Assembly: GCA_032718475.1 (NCBI GenBank)
Contig: JAUCBJ010005384.1
Coordinates: 8,714-72,713 of the forward strand
Source of the DNA: Nemertoderma westbladi
Taxonomy: Eukaryota > Animalia > Xenacoelomorpha
DNA: 64,000 nt
Direction: 5' to 3'
The notes under the pieces are model-generated. The model had not been told where the DNA came from. It was given only the letters and a program-made list of their open reading frames with translations, and did no database searches. A program made the translations under genes and the position numbers. Of the stretch, positions 60,356-64,000 are shown one piece after another. The first letter of the stretch is position 1, and the number at the start of each line of letters is the position of its first letter.

Positions 60356-61393
60356 ATGGATGCGACTGTTACTTTTGCTGTTGCTATGGTTTTACTGGCG
60401 TGTACGATTAACGTAATATTCTTGGAGCATATGATCCGATACGACCCAGGGGCTGGCCCACTTATAACGTGTCTGCAGTTCCTATTTGTTGCTCTGGACG
60501 GACTTGTATTCGAAACAAAATTCCTCACCAAGAAACCAAAAATTCCGCTTCTTCAATATACCAAACTCGTTATAACTTTCTTTCTAGTGGGTTTTTTCAA
60601 CAATTACGCGCTAAACTTTAATATATCGATGCCGCTTCACATGATAATTCGATCTGGATCTTTGGTTGCCAATATGGCTTTGGGAATTTATCTTAGACAA
60701 AGAAAATACGCCCTGCTTGCAGTTATTATGATAACATTGGGGATTACAATGGCTTCAATAGCATCAGCAAAGACTACAACATCGACAGCAGTTACGTCTA
60801 CGGCTACTCCTACTGATAAGGAAGACATGGAACCGTTATTACGGTGGTTCATCGGACTTTCCATGTTGTTATTCGCGCTGTTTTTATCGGCTCGACTTGG
60901 TATTTACCAAGAGGTTTTATTCGAAACTTACGGGAAATATCCAAGAGAAGCTTTATTTTACAACCACGCGCTACCGCTACCGGCATTCCTCTTTATATTA
61001 CCAGATTTATACCGAAACTTGACGCTAATCAACGACTCCGATCCTCTGTTTCAACTATTCGGTATACAAATACCGACAATGTGGATGTCGATGTTTGCGA
61101 ACGTTGTCACCCAATATATTTGTATAAGATGTGTGTTTATTCTAACCTCAACGTGCACATCTCTCTTTGTAACTTTGGTAATAACTTTAAGAAAGTTTAT
61201 TAGTCTAGTGTTCTCAATAGTGTATTTCAGAAACACTTTTACTGAGTGGCATTGGGTGGCCACTGTATTAGTTTTCTCTGGGACTCTTTTGTTTTGCGGT
61301 GTCTTCGAGTTTGCGTACAGACGAAAACCTGTACACAAAACCGTAACATTGGAGAATGTTACTGAGAAGGAACTTATAACGGCGAGACATTAA
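60356..61393 (+). CDS. SLC35B4: UDP-xylose/UDP-GlcNAc nucleotide-sugar transporter (345 aa, intronless)
   Basis: NNYALNFNISMPLHMIIRSGSLVANM, LSARLGIYQEVLF, EALFYNHALPLP and TLVITLRKFISLVFSIVYF are characteristic of SLC35B4/YEA4. Confidence 0.92.
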   Translation: MDATVTFAVAMVLLACTINVIFLEHMIRYDPGAGPLITCLQFLFVALDGLVFETKFLTKKPKIPLLQYTKLVITFFLVGFFNNYALNFNISMPLHMIIRSGSLVANMALGIYLRQRKYALLAVIMITLGITMASIASAKTTTSTAVTSTATPTDKEDMEPLLRWFIGLSMLLFALFLSARLGIYQEVLFETYGKYPREALFYNHALPLPAFLFILPDLYRNLTLINDSDPLFQLFGIQIPTMWMSMFANVVTQYICIRCVFILTSTCTSLFVTLVITLRKFISLVFSIVYFRNTFTEWHWVATVLVFSGTLLFCGVFEFAYRRKPVHKTVTLENVTEKELITARH

Positions 61394-61460
61394 TAATTTA
61401 CCAATACCAAACAATAATAATTTAGAATAAATTCGCTGGAGGAATTGTCTCTCTCTCTCT

Positions 61461-61692
61461 GGGTGAGTACAAAACAAAGACCCAAGACTTGCATAATCTT
61501 GTACAGTAACACGTGTTAACTTTCGTTTATTGTTTTGGTTCCCCCAACACGTCTCTGTAACCTGCTCCTTTACTAACCTGCTCCTTTAAATGGTAATGAG
61601 ACCTAACGCTCTTTGGGCCCTAACGCGACTTTACCTCTTTGTTTTGTACAGAACGGGCTATAAAGTCTTGGGTCTTTGTTTTGTACTCATCC
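61461..61692. mobile_element. MITE inserted in a CT microsatellite
   Basis: 30-bp TIRs GGGTGAGTACAAAACAAAGACCCAAGACTT / AAGTCTTGGGTCTTTGTTTTGTACTCATCC. Confidence 0.8.
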
Positions 61693-62262
61693 CTCTCTGT
61701 CCCTCTCTAAGTCTGACTTACTGTCAATATGAAATAACTAAAATAGTAATTTGTGACTGTTATTAAGTTGTTGTTAATGTTATTAAGAAAGTACACTGCT
61801 GGAATTTTCGCTAATCTGGTTTTCGTGGTCGGCGATTTAATGTTTGGCGAAATCTAATCTCTATCTGTCAGGAAAACACATTTCTTTGAAAAAGACTCTT
61901 TTTCTCACAAATATTTTCAAAATTGAGTTAATTAATCTAACTTTTTTTCACTAATTTCGAGAAAATTTGTTAAAAAGGTTTTTTTTTAAGTAATTTTGTT
62001 TCTGAAAAAAAAATTGTTAACTAATTTTTTAACTGATTTTTTTTCTCAAATAAAACAATATATTCGATATAAAAACGTAACGGAAAACACTATTTTCCAC
62101 TCATTTTCTTTAGCAAAATTCAGTTATTCGCTCGTTGGCATTTTAACACTCGCTTCGCTCGTGCTAAAAACCTGCCAACTCGTATAAACCTCAACCATTC
62201 GGACAGAATAGTTGAATTTCGCTAATTTGAAAATGAGTGAAAAAAAAGCGGTGTTTTCCACT

Positions 62263-62317
62263 TACTAGGATCGGCATGCTGCATTGCAGCTGAATTTTTA
62301 AGAATGCTGTGCCGGCC
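62263..62317 (-). mobile_element. Very short 3' end of the RTE family
   Basis: Matches the RTE 3' terminus (GCCGGCACAGCATTC...GCATGCCGATCCTAGTA). Flanking TTTTCCACTTACT is duplicated at 62254-62266 and 62341-62353. Confidence 0.75.
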
Positions 62318-63326
62318 ACAGGTGTCTTTTCACAAGTGTCTTTTCCACTTACTTTTTTTTATCGAATAATAGTCCTTTATTCGGTAAAATAATATTTATT
62401 TGAATATTTTATCAAACATGCTCTTCTTATGAATTCACAAGAACCTGTACACTCCTAAAGTAAGTACTATATTTGCCCCATAAATTAAGTTTCATTGAAC
62501 TTATTATTGCTTGAAAATTCCAAACACTTGAATATCCATCAGTAGCCATCACTAATTGTTGCCCGTTTGTTGTTAGCGGCAGCGAGATAAATAAACACAT
62601 TGGAACTCATGGAAACGAAATGTAGATTGATTAAAAAAAATTAATAGCTATACAGTCACATTAAAATAAATTAGAGTAAATTGGTTGTAAATAAGGCGAT
62701 CTACAAGAAGTTTAAAAGGCCTTTGTACCAAGGCCATCGTAAAGTACACGATGGCCTTGCATGTACCCGCGCAAGAGGCACGACTATAGTTACTGCCTGA
62801 ACGCGAAATTGATAAAAAATATTTAGAAATGACCCTTTTAATTAGGGGGGGGGGGGGGGGGGGAGGGGGGGACCCTACAGTATATTGAAAATTATCAAGC
62901 TGTATTGGGATCAAATCGATTAAAACGCACATAATGCCTACTCTTTGTATAGATAGATAGTGTTTTAGGGTAGGCCTACCCCTACAGTACTACTGTACTT
63001 CGCCCTGTCGACAACCCCTGCCATTTTTTTAACATTAAATTTTTTTGTGTTTTTGATTTTTTTTTTGATAATTATGAATGTTCTAGAACCTTAGTAGCTA
63101 GTGTTTTCTTTACTAGCTAGTATTTTTTGAAAATAAAAAATATTCTTATTTTTATTAACATTATTAGTTATGGTAGTGGTAGCTAGTGTTTTTATGAAGA
63201 ACATTGAATTTTTTACTACAGTAGCTAGTTATAGTAAGTATTTAAAATGTTTAAAACTTAACTTTTTAATGGTACCAGTACGTTATTTATACATGTAGGG
63301 TTTGTTGGTTGGTAAACAAGGATGTA

Positions 63327-63465
63327 GGACAATTCGGTCCCGGACAATTCGGTCCCAAAACAATAAATAAATGGGACCGAATTGTCCGGGACCGAATTGT
63401 CCGGGACCGAATTGTCCGGGACCGAATTGTCCTGGGACCGAATTGTCCGGGTCCGAATTGTCCGG
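63327..63465. repeat. Inverted array of a 15-bp unit (MITE-like)
   Basis: GGACAATTCGGTCCC twice, then its reverse complement GGGACCGAATTGTCC about six times. Confidence 0.8.
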
Positions 63466-64000
63466 TTCCTGATAGCAAATTTTTAGTGCTTTTTTGATAT
63501 TGGTGAATGTTCTAGAACATTAGTAGAGATATTTAAAATACTGTATTTTTTTTTATTTTTGTTATTGTTAGTGTTCGAGAACATTATTATATATTATTTA
63601 TTAAGGTGTAGCTAGTGTTTTTTTTACTAGCTAGCATTTTTTGAAATTATAAATAAATTTGTGAAAACATTGATATTTGAGAATTAGGCCTAAACTGTTG
63701 CTGATTATATTAATTACCAAAAATATTGATGATATTATAACAGTCCCTGAATGAGATCCAGCTATTATCTAAGATAATAATTTAGGCTTGTTAACCAACC
63801 AACAACACATACAATATACATACGCAATATATAAAAAAATTAGTTTTAAACATTATAAATACATACTATCACTAGCTAGTAAATAATTCACAAGCTCCAT
63901 AAAAACACCATAGCTACCATAACTAATAATGTTAAAAAAAAAAGGTAAATTTTTTTATTTTCAAAAAAATACTAGCTAGTAAAAAAGACACTAGCTACTG

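Noticed and set aside
63287-63497. ORFs with GQFGP/RTIRS repeats
   Set aside because: Translation of the 15-bp inverted repeat array.

Overview
AT-rich eukaryotic (invertebrate-animal-like) genomic DNA made up mostly of nested transposable elements. It holds three host genes: an MFS (SLC18B1-like) transporter split by a P-type element, a multi-exon DXD glycosyltransferase and an intronless SLC35B4. Mobile elements include a Gypsy and a non-autonomous BEL/Pao LTR element, a solo LTR, CRE and RTE non-LTR elements, an internally deleted LINE, Harbinger, hAT, Tc1, P and Academ DNA transposons, SINEs and MITEs. The most striking non-coding signal is a pair of tRNA-like Pol III promoter plus minimal hammerhead ribozyme units. 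At 1.2 kb the hammerhead follows the tRNA-like head. At 58.3-58.8 kb the hammerhead sits inside the tRNA-like scaffold between the A and B boxes, repeated with a 369-bp period (retrozyme-like) inside an Academ transposon. Other leads are an orphan 765-aa DEDDy-exonuclease/zinc-knuckle ORF bracketed by two related hairpins, and possible self-priming in the BEL/Pao element. All calls are by eye; no searches were run.
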